Assembly (NCBI GenBank): GCA_963740985.1
Contig: CAVUGJ010000002.1
Coordinates: 4,591,105-4,655,104, forward strand
Direction of reading: 5' to 3'
From: an uncultured Microthrixaceae bacterium
GTDB taxonomy: Bacteria; Actinomycetota; Acidimicrobiia; Acidimicrobiales; Acidimicrobilacustridaceae
DNA length: 64,000 bases
Below the pieces are notes generated by a model, which was not told where the DNA came from, searched no databases, and was given only the letters and a program-made list of their open reading frames with translations. Below are positions 62,714 through 64,000 of the stretch, one piece after another. Position 1 is the stretch's first letter, and the number at the start of each line of letters is the position of its first letter. Both the position numbers and the translations under genes were made by a program.

Positions 62714-63687
62714 TCAGGGGATGAGCAGCACCCGACCGAAGGACTGACGGCTCTCGATGTAGGCGTGGGCGGCGGCGGCTTCGGCCAGGGGATACGTGCG
62801 GTCGATCACCACCGCCAGCGTGCCGTCGGCCACCCGTTGGAACAGGTCGCTGATCATGGCATAGGCGCGAGTGCCGGTGAACAGCTCCGCGCCCAGGAAG
62901 TAGCCGGTGAGCGACTGGTTGTTGCCCCGGAGGTTCGAGATGTCCAGGGGCTGGGCGGCCTGGCGTCCGGCGTCGCCGACCGTCACGCACCGGCCGCGGT
63001 AGGCCAGGGCCGACAGGCTGTCCTGGAGCACCTGGCCACCCACCGACTCGACGATGACGTCGGCCCCGCGACCGTCGGTCAGTCGCCTCACCTCCTCCAC
63101 GAAGTCGGTGGTCCGGTAGTTGATGCCGTGGTCCAGGCCCAGGTCGACCAGGCGTTCGAGCTTGGCGTCGGAGGAGGCGGTGGCCAACACGGTGGCACCG
63201 GCCGCGGCGGCCAGCTGGACCGCGGCGATGCCTACGCCACTTCCGCCCGCCTGGATCAGGGCGGTCTCGCCGGCCTGGAGTCGACCGAACTCGAACAGGC
63301 AGTCCGAGGCGGTGCCGAACGGGATGGGGATGGCCGACGCCGGCTCCACGTCCAGTCCGGCCGGCACGGCCCAGCACACCGCCTCGGGCACGGCCCGCAG
63401 CTCGGCGTGGGACCCGTCGAAGCTGACCGTCACCACCGTGTCGCCCTCGGCGAAGCGGGTCACGGCCGGGCCCACGGCCAACACCGTGCCGGCCGCCTGG
63501 TAGCCGACGATGTGGGGACCGACACCGACCGGCGCGCCGGTGTCGCCCGCGCCAACGTGTCGCCGCCCTCGATGCTGATGGCCCGAACCTGGATCAACAC
63601 GTCGCCCGGTCCCGGCTCGGCGTCGGGGACGTCGGCCAGGTGCAGGACCTCGGGTGGTCCGGGATGGTCGTAGACGGCAGCCTTCAT
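62714..63687 (-). pseudogene. Zinc-binding alcohol dehydrogenase / NADPH:quinone oxidoreductase family (MDR), frameshift near 63545-63552
   Basis: MKAAVYDHPGPPEVLHLADVPDAEPGPGDVLIQVRAISIEGGDTL, then a frame change to ...GDTGAPVGVGPHIVGYQAAGTVLAVGPAVTRF...LIQAGGSGVGIAAVQLA (GxGxxG)...SFGRVLLIP*. Confidence 0.8.
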
Positions 63688-63768
63688 GGCGGTCTCGCTT
63701 CCGGGGGTGACGAGTGGTCCACGGGGCACCCTAGGGCCGTCCGCCGCCAACCGATACGCTGACCAGCC

Positions 63769-64000
63769 GTGACCGACACCTCACGGCCCACCCGCATCGA
63801 CGTCCGGCCAGTGACCAGCATCATCGGCGCCGAGATCGACGGCGTCGACCTGGCTCACCCGTTGGAGCCGGCCGTGGTCGACGAGGTGACCGAGGCGCTG
63901 TTGCGGTGGAAGGTGCTCTTCTTCCGTGACCAACCCATCACCGCCGATCAGCAGCTGGCCTTCGCCCGGGCCTTCGGCCAGCCCACGGCCGCCCATCCCG
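63769..64000 (+). CDS. TauD/TfdA family dioxygenase, N-terminal fragment (3' end lies outside the window)
   Basis: GTG 63769: VTDTSRPTRIDVRPVTSIIGAEIDGVDLAHPLEPAVVDEVTEALLRWKVLFFRDQPITADQQLAFARAFG is a typical TauD N-terminus. Confidence 0.75.
   Translation, partial: MTDTSRPTRIDVRPVTSIIGAEIDGVDLAHPLEPAVVDEVTEALLRWKVLFFRDQPITADQQLAFARAFGQPTAAHP

Overview
GC-rich chromosomal segment that looks actinobacterial (roughly 65-70% G+C on sampled lines; not computed window-wide). I call about 60 protein genes, one tRNA-Leu(UAG) and one tmRNA. I see no rRNA, CRISPR array, transposase, integrase or prophage. Housekeeping anchors are ftsE/ftsX, ssrA-smpB, murI-rph-rdgB and the efeUOB iron uptake operon. 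Between them lie accessory blocks: (i) a PqqD / HprK-like kinase / nucleotidyltransferase cassette (12.1-14.9 kb) with an embedded poly-Thr microprotein carrying a Tat-type signal, next to a two-domain glycosyltransferase; (ii) an 8.8-kb exopolysaccharide locus (26.7-35.5 kb) sitting between a Mec-like JAMM protease gene and cysM; (iii) an ECF sigma / small partner / TPR-CHAT protease / cytoplasmic S8 subtilase module (36.7-42.0 kb), where the subtilase carries ten 15-bp tandem repeats encoding PVYAT; (iv) a DUF559 gene bracketed by two copies of a 51-nt hairpin element (45.2-46.3 kb); (v) a lower-GC islet next to the tRNA (48.85-52.35 kb). At least 11 of about 60 genes are interrupted, by 1-nt frameshifts, one in-frame TAA or one internal deletion. 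This points either to an indel-prone assembly or to real gene decay, so every start, stop and pseudogene call below should be read with that in mind. The two best candidates for an undescribed system are (i) and (iii). All family assignments come from motif recognition by eye, not from database searches.
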